A stretch of 64,000 nt of DNA from Bacteroidales bacterium (lineage in GTDB: Bacteria; Bacteroidota; Bacteroidia; Bacteroidales; VadinHA17): NCBI GenBank assembly GCA_022865305.1, contig JALHSP010000074.1, forward strand, positions 18,413-82,412, written 5' to 3'. This document shows, piece by piece, positions 48,617 through 57,540 of the stretch; the first letter of the stretch is position 1; every line of letters starts with the position of its first letter. Below the pieces are notes generated by a model. That model was not told the DNA's origin, did not search any database, and saw only the letters and a list, made by a program, of their open reading frames with translations. Made by a program: the position numbers and the translations under genes.

Positions 48617-50998
48617 TTATTTCACTTTCTTTCTTTTGAATATATGTTTTCTCCATCGCTTCTTATCACTGGGGTAACCGTATTTTTCTCCATACCCATA
48701 ATATTTACTGCTTGATTGAATATCGTTTACTACCAGGCCTACTCCTTTTATGCCACTGACATGTATTTCATTTAAAGTATTTACAAACATATCTTTTAGT
48801 GTCTTTCCTGGTTTAACCACAAAAAGACATGCATCAGAAAGAGACGCCAGGTAGTATGCATCCGAAATAACTCCAATAGGGCTTGAGTCAACAATTATAT
48901 AATCGTACCTTTCTTTCAACAGATTTAATAGCTCACCTGTCTTTTCCAGTGCGGTGAGTTCAGATGGATTCGGAGGCACAGGTCCGGCTGAAATCAGCGA
49001 CAGGTTTTCAAATGATGTTTTCTGTATAATATCCTGCAATTTGTCTTTGCCTATCAGCCATGTGGAGACACCACTTTCATTACTGAGGTTAAAATCCTGG
49101 AATATTTTTGGTTTTCTCAAATCAAATCCTACAAGGATTGTTCTTTTACCCAGCAAACTGTAAACTGATGCCAGGTTTACTGCTGTGAATGTTTTTCCCT
49201 CTTCGGGCATGGCAGACGTTACCAGAATTACCGGTGCTCTGGATTCTTTTGTAAAGAACTGCATCCGTGTTCGCATTATACGGAAAGCCTCTGCTATTGG
49301 GGAGCTGGGATCATCAAACATTATTGTCTTGATTTTCTTTGTAGTATGCGGTATATTGCCAACAACAGGCAGGTCTGTCATTTTCCTTAAATCTTCATCC
49401 TTGAGTTTTCTATTAAATAATAACTTTAAGTATACTACTAAAAAAGTGATCCCAATAGATGCAAGCAAGGCAACAAAGCTGAGCTTTATAAGATTCGGGG
49501 AGACTTGAGTGCTGAATCGTGCATCTGCAGGTTCAATTATCTCGCTATCAGCTCGGTTTGATGCTTTCTGCATTTCCTGTTCGGCCCTGGTTTCAAGCAG
49601 AAATGTAAACAACTCATCGTTAAGACGAAATTTCCTTTCAATTCCAAGAAGCTGCCTCTCAGTAACAGGTAAAGATGATGCCTGTGAGTTTGCCTTGTTA
49701 ATCTGCTCCTGATTTTCTGACCTGGCCAGACTGTTTGCTCTTCTGAGACCGTTCAGTGTTTCGCGGAGAGCATCTTTTGTATTGCGGACTCTCTGCTCAA
49801 GGTTTCGTTGTAAGGGATTCATCACACCTGCCCCTCTTGCGGATAACTGTCCCTGGAGTTCAGCAAGTTCTTCAACAAGCCTTGTCAATCCCGGATCGGT
49901 TATGCCCATAGTTATCGGAATAATGGGCATCTCTCCGGTTTCGTCTTTCGCCAGGTAATCAGCAAGATAGTCATGATAGTTAGCCTCAAGGTTAAGACGA
50001 GCCCTCTCATTTTCAAGTTCCGTTACCTGTTGGATAATTGCCTGACCCTGAGCAGAAAGGTCCATGACTCTGTGCGATGAACGGAATTGTTGCAGCCTGT
50101 TTTCTGTTATTGAAAGAGAATCTGAGATTCCAACAATCTGATCATCAATGAATTGTATTCTTCTTTCAGCTTCGGTATTCTTTTGGTTAAGAGAAATGGC
50201 CTGAAAACCCTCAATATGTTTATTGAGAAAATCCATATCTTTAGCTCTGTTAGTTCCATACATACTTATTACCAGCACAGAACCTTCCCTGGACATAAGT
50301 TGAACATTAATCCGTTCAGCGAATGAGCGAATTAGTTTAGTTCGACTATGGACAGTGAAATAGAGCTTTTTATTATAATTTATTTTAAACCATTCCTCAT
50401 TTCTGCATTCAATCATGAAATTTTCACCCTGAATTTCAAGAGTATCTCCAAAAGAAGCAGTTTTCTGGTATGGAAAATAATCAGATTCAGACACAATAGT
50501 GAACCTATTGTTGCCCAGGTAATTAAATAAAACCTCAGTATCTCTGGGAAGAGGGATCTCATTTTCATATACTATTCTTAACGGAGCTACCGGATAAATT
50601 GAAACCCGGTTTCTTAATCCCTTGGAATAGAATTCAATCTCAAAAGGCAACTCTTTCAGTGTAGTTTCAGTCAGCGCAAAAGACTTAAGTATCATAATCT
50701 GATTCTGCAAGTTCCTCATTCCACCCGGAAGACCCAGACCCTGCAAAATTTGGGCGTTACCCATTAATGATCTATTATCCTCTGTTTCATTTATCAGAAT
50801 AGCTGTTGATGTGTGGTATACAGGCAGGGTATGCTTTACATATAAGCGGACGCAAAATAGAGCAATAGATGCTGCCAGTAAGAACCAGTACCAGTTCTTC
50901 ATGATCAGCGAAAGAATAATCTGCAGATCGTTCTTCCCTCCATCATTCTGGTGTAAACGCTGTGGTTCATTTTGAAAGCTGTTCTGTTTTTCCATCAT
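48617..50998 (-). CDS. wzc: polysaccharide co-polymerase / tyrosine autokinase (Wzc/GumC type)
   Basis: N-terminal Wzz-like domain with two TM segments and a long coiled-coil region. The C-terminal P-loop kinase domain reads VILVTSAMPEEGKTFTAVNLA, with DLRKP and VDSSP. Confidence 0.9.
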   Translation of the reverse strand: MMEKQNSFQNEPQRLHQNDGGKNDLQIILSLIMKNWYWFLLAASIALFCVRLYVKHTLPVYHTSTAILINETEDNRSLMGNAQILQGLGLPGGMRNLQNQIMILKSFALTETTLKELPFEIEFYSKGLRNRVSIYPVAPLRIVYENEIPLPRDTEVLFNYLGNNRFTIVSESDYFPYQKTASFGDTLEIQGENFMIECRNEEWFKINYNKKLYFTVHSRTKLIRSFAERINVQLMSREGSVLVISMYGTNRAKDMDFLNKHIEGFQAISLNQKNTEAERRIQFIDDQIVGISDSLSITENRLQQFRSSHRVMDLSAQGQAIIQQVTELENERARLNLEANYHDYLADYLAKDETGEMPIIPITMGITDPGLTRLVEELAELQGQLSARGAGVMNPLQRNLEQRVRNTKDALRETLNGLRRANSLARSENQEQINKANSQASSLPVTERQLLGIERKFRLNDELFTFLLETRAEQEMQKASNRADSEIIEPADARFSTQVSPNLIKLSFVALLASIGITFLVVYLKLLFNRKLKDEDLRKMTDLPVVGNIPHTTKKIKTIMFDDPSSPIAEAFRIMRTRMQFFTKESRAPVILVTSAMPEEGKTFTAVNLASVYSLLGKRTILVGFDLRKPKIFQDFNLSNESGVSTWLIGKDKLQDIIQKTSFENLSLISAGPVPPNPSELTALEKTGELLNLLKERYDYIIVDSSPIGVISDAYYLASLSDACLFVVKPGKTLKDMFVNTLNEIHVSGIKGVGLVVNDIQSSSKYYGYGEKYGYPSDKKRWRKHIFKRKKVK

Positions 50999-51114
50999 TG
51001 TTGTATTATATTGCTTCTGTTTCTGTAAAAACTCGTTACATCAAAGTATATGCCTGAATCAGTACAAGCATATATAGATGGGGATATAGCCTCTTGCTGA
51101 TGATTTCATCATAG

Positions 51115-51909
51115 TTACAGAGTTCGGAAGAATGCTATTACTCCGAGAGCAGATGTGATTGCGCTTAAAAACAACGTCCAGACAGAAGAGTTTACTGCAA
51201 ATGATCTTCCTTGCATAGGCATAGAATAGATGATATCATTGGGCATGATATAGTATAATTCTGATGACAGAATGCTTCTGTCTGCAAGCGAAAACTCCTT
51301 GATAACCGGACCATACGGCGAGGGTCTTATTAGCTGTACCTTCTGTCGATTACTGAATTGACTCATATCTCCGGCCATGGAAAGTGCTTCAAATACATTC
51401 ACACGGTCCTTAGTTAAGAGATATCTTCCAGGGCTTCTTACCTCTCCGATTATACTAACATAATTATTAACCAACCTCACTGTTATTGCCGCATCAGCTA
51501 CATAATTTTTAAAAATCGAGTCCAATTCAACTTTTATTTCAGACAATGTTTTACCGCCTGCTTCAACTTTCCCGACAAACGGGATATCAATGTTCCCATC
51601 ACCATCAACGGGATAACCAAACAAAGCTGCGCTCTCTTCAGTCACAGCACCACCTGCGCCAACCGGCATAATATTAAACAAAGACGACCACTCAGGGTCC
51701 GGAGTTATTACTCTGATATAGAGGTTATCATAGGGCATTACCTTATATGCAGCCGGAGTAACGGAAGTCCTGATATCGCTAACCGGTATATTATAATCAG
51801 CTAACTTGTCCGAATACTTGAGATAGGTCAGCTTTTTCCGGGTAACACATGAACTCAATATCAGGATAATTGATAATGAGATCAGGGTAATTGTATGGTC
51901 TATTTTCAT
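51115..51909 (-). CDS. wza: polysaccharide export outer-membrane lipoprotein (Wza family)
   Basis: Lipobox LILSSC|V. Poly_export pattern YKVMPYDNLYIRV.. and SLBB-like GEVRSPGRYLLTKDRVNVFEALSMAGD. Confidence 0.9.
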   Translation of the reverse strand: MKIDHTITLISLSIILILSSCVTRKKLTYLKYSDKLADYNIPVSDIRTSVTPAAYKVMPYDNLYIRVITPDPEWSSLFNIMPVGAGGAVTEESAALFGYPVDGDGNIDIPFVGKVEAGGKTLSEIKVELDSIFKNYVADAAITVRLVNNYVSIIGEVRSPGRYLLTKDRVNVFEALSMAGDMSQFSNRQKVQLIRPSPYGPVIKEFSLADRSILSSELYYIMPNDIIYSMPMQGRSFAVNSSVWTLFLSAITSALGVIAFFRTL

Positions 51910-52000
51910 CTTAAATGCGATTAAAAATTATAAAACATAAAGAGTGTCTGAGAATTAAGTTATAAAGTTAACTGTTTTATTTCTTATCTGATCCTTTCAA

Positions 52001-52085
52001 CTTCGCGAGGTAAAAGATTCTAAAGTTTATGCTCAATGTGTATTTAGAATCTTTGGCTAAGGATTACCTTTAGTCCTCACCGAAG
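52001..52085. other. structured intergenic element between capD-like stop and wza start
   Basis: Inner perfect 9-bp stem gattctaaa (52016-52024) / tttagaatc (52043-52051). Outer imperfect stem cttcgcgagg (52001-52010) / cctcaccgaag (52074-52084). A small side hairpin is ctaagg-atta-cctttag. Confidence 0.35.
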
Positions 52086-52101
52086 CTTAAGCGAAGTCTA
52101 A

Positions 52102-54045
52102 CTATATTCCCCTGTAAATTTTTGCTTCCTTCAGCTTCCCATTGTTGGTTTTATATTCAGGTATCAGTTCACTCATTCTTTTAACGACCTGATGCTTGGA
52201 AAGAGTGTATATAATATCTATCAATTCGTCGATTTTTGCAAGTATTGCCGGACCGTCAATTTCTTCAATCCTTGCTTTCATTATCTTAGGATGGTGAGTA
52301 GGCAAAGTGGTTTCCTTATCGGTAAGTAACTCCTCGCAAAGTTTTTCGCCTGGTCTTAGACCTGTATATTTTATTTTAATATCCTTTTCTGGCTCGAGCC
52401 CTGAAAGCCTGATCATATTAACTGCGAGATCAGCAATTCTGACCGGATCACCCATGTCGAAGACAAAAATCTCCCCGCCCTGCCCCATAAAACCTGCCTC
52501 AAGGACAAGTTGGCAGGCTTCGGGAATAGTCATGAAATACCTGTATACTTCAGGATGAGTGACTGTCACTGGGCCTCCATCCCGTATCTGTTTACTGAAA
52601 ATCGGAATTACCGAACCATTGGAGCCCAACACATTCCCAAACCTTGTAACTATAAATTGAGTTTTCTTACCCTCGATCTGATCAAAAGCCTGTATGATCT
52701 TCTCACAGATCCGCTTTGAAGCACCCATGACACCTGTAGGATTTACTGCTTTATCTGATGAGATCATCACAAATTTACCAACTCTGTATTTAACAGCGAG
52801 TTCTGTCAGGGTCATTGTGCCACCCACGTTCACGCGAATTGCCTCATGTGGATTCTCCTCCATAAGTGAAACGTGCTTATATGCTGCTGCATGAAATACG
52901 ATATCTGGATGGAACTCCTGAAATATATATTCCATTTTTTCAAGGTTCGTTACATCAGCCAGGAGTATTTGAAACTGAAGATCCATGAACTTCCCCCTGA
53001 GTTCATTCTCAAGATAGAATATGGGGGTTTCTGCCTGATCAACCAGAATTACTTTTCTCGAATTAAAGCGGGCAAGCTGACGAACAATTTCAGACCCGAT
53101 CGACCCTGCAGCACCGGTTATCAGAATAGTTTTATCATTCAGCCCTTCCTTTATAAGGTCCAGATTAAGCTTAATGGGATCCCTGCCAAGCAGATCTTCG
53201 AGTTTTACCCTTTGAAAATAACTTGTGTTAAGTTGCCCAGCCATCCATTTATCCACTTCAGGTGTATCAAGTACTTCAAGCCCCAGGTTTATTGCAGAAC
53301 GTATTATCCGGCTTTTTTCATCGATAGTGATTTCTTTTTCAGCGAGTATCAAACTCTTAATTTTCTTCTTCGACAGAAATTCTGCTGACAAGACGGCACT
53401 TCCATATACAGGTATGCCGTTAATCTTTTTACCCTGAAGACTTTTATCATTATCAATGAATCCTGTTACATTAAAGCCATACTTTGAATCGCTAAGGACT
53501 ACTCTTTTAACAACAAAACCTAACTCTCCAGCTCCGTAAATAAGAATATTTCTTGTTTTTTTTATGGAGCTTGTGGCAAAACGGAAAATCACCTTAACAA
53601 AAACCCTCAGGAAAAACAAAAAAACAGTAATGGTTACATAATGGATCAGAATAATGGATATGGGTATTTTTAGGATATCACCCCAGCCCATGCGCCTGCT
53701 TAACAGCGAAAGAAAAATTAATGATGCTGTCGAGCTGGTGGTAACAATAAAAACAAGTGATATATCGGTTAAAGTTGTGTGACGAAGAAGTCCTGAATAT
53801 GAACGGAATATTATACTAAGAACAGAATATACAATAGTAGCTATCAATGCATGATTATACACAATCGGAGAAGTGAGTACAGCAAAATCAAAGTTAAACC
53901 GCAATATGTAAGCAATAAGAAATATGAGGAAAACAGAGAGATTGTCAATCACAAAAACCATCCACCTGGGAACAGAGTATTTACTGAATATAGTAAATGC
54001 TTGTTCCCTGAGATACAATAGCCATTTTGAGTATTCTTTTCTCAT
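52102..54045 (-). CDS. membrane-anchored nucleotide-sugar 4,6-dehydratase/epimerase (CapD/WbpM/PglF family)
   Basis: Four N-terminal TM helices, two Rossmann regions (ILIYGAGELG; ILITGAAGSIGSE), YKHVSLMEENP and MISSDKAVNPTGVMGASKR. Confidence 0.9.
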   Translation of the reverse strand: MRKEYSKWLLYLREQAFTIFSKYSVPRWMVFVIDNLSVFLIFLIAYILRFNFDFAVLTSPIVYNHALIATIVYSVLSIIFRSYSGLLRHTTLTDISLVFIVTTSSTASLIFLSLLSRRMGWGDILKIPISIILIHYVTITVFLFFLRVFVKVIFRFATSSIKKTRNILIYGAGELGFVVKRVVLSDSKYGFNVTGFIDNDKSLQGKKINGIPVYGSAVLSAEFLSKKKIKSLILAEKEITIDEKSRIIRSAINLGLEVLDTPEVDKWMAGQLNTSYFQRVKLEDLLGRDPIKLNLDLIKEGLNDKTILITGAAGSIGSEIVRQLARFNSRKVILVDQAETPIFYLENELRGKFMDLQFQILLADVTNLEKMEYIFQEFHPDIVFHAAAYKHVSLMEENPHEAIRVNVGGTMTLTELAVKYRVGKFVMISSDKAVNPTGVMGASKRICEKIIQAFDQIEGKKTQFIVTRFGNVLGSNGSVIPIFSKQIRDGGPVTVTHPEVYRYFMTIPEACQLVLEAGFMGQGGEIFVFDMGDPVRIADLAVNMIRLSGLEPEKDIKIKYTGLRPGEKLCEELLTDKETTLPTHHPKIMKARIEEIDGPAILAKIDELIDIIYTLSKHQVVKRMSELIPEYKTNNGKLKEAKIYRGI

Positions 54046-54087
54046 CTCTAAGATATTGGAAGAGAGGTTAGATTTTCAATTTGTAAT

Positions 54088-54165
54088 AAGACAAAAGTTA
54101 AAAGATAAAAGTATTAATCTTTGAGTCCTTCACTTTTGTCTTGTGAATTTTATCTTTTGTCTTTT
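54088..54165. repeat. empty zipper hairpin (GACAAAA / CTTTTGT flavour) just upstream of the capD-like start codon
   Basis: aagacaaaagttaaaagataaaag | 21-nt loop | cttttgtcttgtgaattttatcttttgtctttt. Perfect sub-stems are aagacaaaag/cttttgtctt and aaaagataaaa/ttttatctttt. Confidence 0.7.
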
Positions 54166-54534
54166 CCGACTCCGGAGGAGCATGCTTCCGCCCCGTCAGT
54201 CCCAACTACTTATTGCTGTAACTAATTATTATTGTGATGCAAAGTGTCTTTAGTCAGGCTTTTGCCAACAATTATATTCGTTACAGTAAACCTGCTCCGG
54301 TCAGACAAATGAACAAACATTCAGGCGGTGAATTTAATGAAAGAAATGTGGGTTATCAAACAGTAAAATGAATAGAGTGTTGAAAAAAATGGTATATCCG
54401 GGATATTTGACTAGCAATAATTGTTAATTCAAATTCTAAATTGTTTTACTGGTAATAATTTTGTCTCCTTTCATAAAAATCCAAAAATTTTTGATGAAAG
54501 TATTGTAAAACCTGATAAAAAGCTCCTGAATCAA

Positions 54535-56688
54535 TTATTTATTAAATATTGTGAAATCAATCCGTCTGTTAAGTCTTCTGTCAGTCGGATAGGTATTCGA
54601 GGCAATCGGTCTGTTTCCGCCATATCCTTTTGCTGTCAGGCGTTTGCTACTGATGCCTCTGTTGATCATATAGTTTACTATCACCTGGGCTCGGGATTGG
54701 GACAGTGACAGGTTATTTGACGAAACTCCCTGGTTATCAGTGTGCACGCCTATCTCAAGTCCTATACCTGGGTATTTATTCATCAGCATCACAACCTGAT
54801 CAAGCATGATATATGCGCGGGTGGTCAAACTGTTGTTGGCATCAAAATATGTGTCAGTCAGAAGGCTATTATTCTTTTCGAGAATATACAATTCCTTTTC
54901 TGCAGGATCTTTGAGTATAAAGATTCGAACCCTGGCATCACTATGCCCGCTTGCTACCATCTCATTATATGCCGGGTAGGTGGCCATCAGGTTCATTTGC
55001 TCGTCAACAATATAGCTCCAGGTACCGGCTTCGGCATCAAATAGTTCCTTCACAGTGTACTTCGCAGGTACATTTCTGAAAAAGGTGCTGTAAAGATTAG
55101 TCTTGGCTCGAGATGATAATAATACCACCTGGAATACTGCCTCCCTGCTGAAATCTGTCTCAGCAGAATAGAGCCCATTAACTTTAACATTCTCAAAATG
55201 CCTGATGTCAGTAAGATTCTGCCTCACAACTGGCCTTCCGGCTATATATGAAGCCCTATCCTGCTCACTTCGGAACACAATCACTTTTTTTGTTACCGCC
55301 CTTTTGACAACATCTACTGTAGTCTGCGACTTTAATGTTAGTCCCAGTCTGACATTATATTCTCCGCTTTCACCAAACGTATGGTTGACTCTCTCTCCAT
55401 ATTCTGTGGTACCATCACCAAAGTTCCAGAAATAGCCTGTAACATTATATCCGGGACAGTATGACTTTAATCCATCAAATTCAACTGCCTCACCGATAAT
55501 AGCATAATCAGGAGAACTAATAAACGGTTGATCATTATCAACGATCTCAATATCATACGTGAGTTTTCGGAAGAAGAGGTTTCCAGTTCTCCTGTCGGTG
55601 ATATCAAGGTTTATGCTGTATCTTCCGGGGCCCGGGAAACAGTGCCTTACATTTGTGCCGTACACCTTTGAATCATCCCCGAAATCCCATTTATACCTTA
55701 GTCTCAGCGTGTCAATCTGTATTGATCCTGTGTCTGAGATAGTAAAACAATACTGGTTTTCTTTCTGAGGCTCGCTTAACCAGACCTGGAGTAGATCTGA
55801 GTTGAACCGGAATATATCTATAGTTTTCCCCCTGTTCGAAGAGAAGTATCCTTCATTCTTATTTGCATGAGTAATAATGCCGAAATCATCGAACTCCGAG
55901 TTTACAGGCGCATCTAGCCTTACTGGCGGATACCATCCAGTGCCTTGCTGCTTCGTTACAAAAATATCCTTCCCTCCTAGTCCCTCGTGACCATCGGATG
56001 AGAAGAAAAACTCACCAGCGTTGTTTATAAAGGGATAAGATTCATTCCCCTTGGTGTTAACGAGTGGACCAAGGTTCACAGGGTCTTCCCAATAACCGTT
56101 TCTCCATTGACTGTAGTAAATATCTGCACCTCCGTAACCATCGGGCCTGTCAGATGCGAAGTACAATCTTTTACCATCGGGAGAGAGACATGGCATGGTA
56201 ATATTATACCACTCATTATTGAACCCCATCTCATGGATCTTTGTCCATTTTTCACCCTCCAGAACTGCCCTGAAAATGCCAAGCTTATTTCTTAATGTAG
56301 AAAGCTGACGGTAATTACCATCAACCTGCAGATTTCTGGAATAGTATATTGTATCACCTCTGCTGCTAAAGGTTACTGGCCCGTCGTTAAAGTGTGTCTT
56401 TAAACTCTTTGAAAACAATCCTGATTTTCGCCATGCAACCTTACCTGTCGTATCAATATAGTTGATCTTAACCTGGCCTCTGTCCTGGGAAGAAGAGTAA
56501 TTTGTCAACGAACCTGACTGACGGTTTGTGCTGAAAACTATTCCGTTCTTATAATAAACAGGACAGAATTCGTCATATTTCTTCGAGCTGAAAGGGGCTT
56601 TTGTCACCGTATATGTCTCTTGCTGCCCTGTAGATAACTGGTTAAGGGTGAAGCTTATCAATATAATTAGTAGCAACTTGAAATTCAT
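54535..56688 (-). CDS. OmpA-family protein with TolB-like beta-propeller repeats and PKD domains
   Basis: ATG at 56688 gives the signal MNFKLLLIILISFTLNQL. The track's extra 23 aa are a translation of the heptamer array. WD40-like PD40 repeats are present (LSPDGKRLYFASDRPDGYGGADIY). Two PKD-like modules are present (WDFGDDS.., WNFGDGT..). The C-terminal OmpA domain reads TDNQG..NLSLSQSRAQ..RRIDF. Confidence 0.85.
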   Translation of the reverse strand: MNFKLLLIILISFTLNQLSTGQQETYTVTKAPFSSKKYDEFCPVYYKNGIVFSTNRQSGSLTNYSSSQDRGQVKINYIDTTGKVAWRKSGLFSKSLKTHFNDGPVTFSSRGDTIYYSRNLQVDGNYRQLSTLRNKLGIFRAVLEGEKWTKIHEMGFNNEWYNITMPCLSPDGKRLYFASDRPDGYGGADIYYSQWRNGYWEDPVNLGPLVNTKGNESYPFINNAGEFFFSSDGHEGLGGKDIFVTKQQGTGWYPPVRLDAPVNSEFDDFGIITHANKNEGYFSSNRGKTIDIFRFNSDLLQVWLSEPQKENQYCFTISDTGSIQIDTLRLRYKWDFGDDSKVYGTNVRHCFPGPGRYSINLDITDRRTGNLFFRKLTYDIEIVDNDQPFISSPDYAIIGEAVEFDGLKSYCPGYNVTGYFWNFGDGTTEYGERVNHTFGESGEYNVRLGLTLKSQTTVDVVKRAVTKKVIVFRSEQDRASYIAGRPVVRQNLTDIRHFENVKVNGLYSAETDFSREAVFQVVLLSSRAKTNLYSTFFRNVPAKYTVKELFDAEAGTWSYIVDEQMNLMATYPAYNEMVASGHSDARVRIFILKDPAEKELYILEKNNSLLTDTYFDANNSLTTRAYIMLDQVVMLMNKYPGIGLEIGVHTDNQGVSSNNLSLSQSRAQVIVNYMINRGISSKRLTAKGYGGNRPIASNTYPTDRRLNRRIDFTIFNK

Positions 56689-56728
56689 GGTTTTCGTTTT
56701 ACTAGATAGAAGTGCCTGGTTATTTAAA

Positions 56729-56878
56729 GTTGGCAGTTGGCAGTTGGCAGTTGGCAATCTTTGTTTCTTGTGTATATTATTTCAGGGGAAAATTTCAGGA
56801 ATTTCTATTATAATCCTGATCTATTACTTAAAATCTAAAATTTAACTTTTTGCCAACTGCATTTTGCCAACTGCAATT
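56729..56878. repeat. empty zipper hairpin: (GTTGGCA)x4, ~94-nt loop, TGCCAAC-type arm
   Basis: Four perfect gttggca units at 56729-56756, and tgccaac tgcattt tgccaac tgcaatt at 56851-56878. Two 10-bp perfect matches gcagttggca/tgccaactgc. Confidence 0.75.
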
Positions 56879-56953
56879 TTTTGCTAAGGTAAGTAATTAA
56901 GTCGCGTTAAGAATCGAAAGTAATGTGCACTGCTTTAATGCTTAATAATCCGC

Positions 56954-57069
56954 CTAGTGCCGCGGAACATATTTCTCAGGATTTTCCACCATATGATTCA
57001 ACATCCTGCCTACTTCTTCCAAATTGTCAATAAGTTCCAGATATTCTTCGTGAGTGATATAGTTACACT
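56954..57069 (-). pseudogene. 3' remnant (~38 codons) of a four-helix-bundle gene, truncated exactly at the left arm of cassette C
   Basis: Own translation gives KCNYITHEEYLELIDNLEEVGRMLNHMVENPEKYVPRH*. This aligns with the C-terminus of the 18759-19133 product (DCKYISNEIHDEIMNEYDEVRKMLISMINHPDKW). Confidence 0.6.
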
Positions 57070-57123
57070 TAGAATGCCTAGAGTGCCTAAAGTGCCTAGA
57101 GTGCCTAAAGTTGATTAAGTTTG
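57070..57123. repeat. 9-mer array (TAGAGTGCC/TAAAGTGCC type), left arm of cassette C
   Basis: tagaatgcc tagagtgcc taaagtgcc tagagtgcc taaagttga ttaagtttg. agtgcctaaagtt (57100-57112) is the exact reverse complement of 57528-57540. Confidence 0.8.
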
Positions 57124-57126
57124 AAG

Positions 57127-57513
57127 TTATTGTAGTTTTGAAGTTTTACCAATCGAGGTAAAAATTGCCAGTAATTCTATTGCTTCGTTCATTACAGGTT
57201 CCGTTTTTTGTGAGTTGATCCAGTTAAGATCAATTATAATTTCCAGCCAATAGATAGTCTCACTGGCTTCGCTTTCACAAATTCTTATTTTATTTATAAA
57301 ATCAGCTTTACTTCTTGCCCGGTTGGCTTCTCTGTAATTTGCACCAACACTTGTTCCTGCCTTTGTGAATTGATTCCTAATTATTTTCCCTTCAGGTGAT
57401 CCTGGTAAAAGAACAGATAGTTTTATAACACTGATAGCAAATTTCTTCGTTCTTCCCTCCAGTTGCCTGGCAAACTCTTTATTATCCATAACTTCAATTT
57501 TAATAACTCCCAA
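57127..57513 (-). CDS. four-helix-bundle protein (23S rRNA intervening-sequence protein family)
   Basis: 128 aa. ..FAISVIKLSVLLPGSPEGKIIRNQFTKAGTSVGANYREANRARSKADFINKIRICESEASETIYWLE.. is the typical family pattern. Confidence 0.85.
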   Translation of the reverse strand: MGVIKIEVMDNKEFARQLEGRTKKFAISVIKLSVLLPGSPEGKIIRNQFTKAGTSVGANYREANRARSKADFINKIRICESEASETIYWLEIIIDLNWINSQKTEPVMNEAIELLAIFTSIGKTSKLQ

Positions 57514-57540
57514 CTTTAGGCATTCCTAACTTTAGGCACT
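57512..57540. repeat. right arm of cassette C (AACTTTAGGCA repeat), abutting the PorP/SprF stop codon
   Basis: aactttaggcattcct aactttaggcact. Confidence 0.75.

Noticed and set aside
52873-53388. 171-aa plus-strand ORF, plus several other 60-116-aa ORFs antisense to capD, DegT, wzc, the TonB receptor, etc.
   Set aside because: All are fully nested antisense within strongly supported genes and have no family resemblance.
56689-56757. N-terminal extension MPTANCQLPTLNNQALLSSKTKT of the OmpA-like ORF
   Set aside because: It is the translation of the (GTTGGCA)x4 array. A proper signal peptide begins at the internal ATG (56688).
18194-57540. Short-unit tandem arrays considered as a possible CRISPR or degenerate CRISPR array
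   Set aside because: Units are 7-9 nt with no unique spacers between them. Arrays come in complementary pairs, and no cas genes are present in the window.
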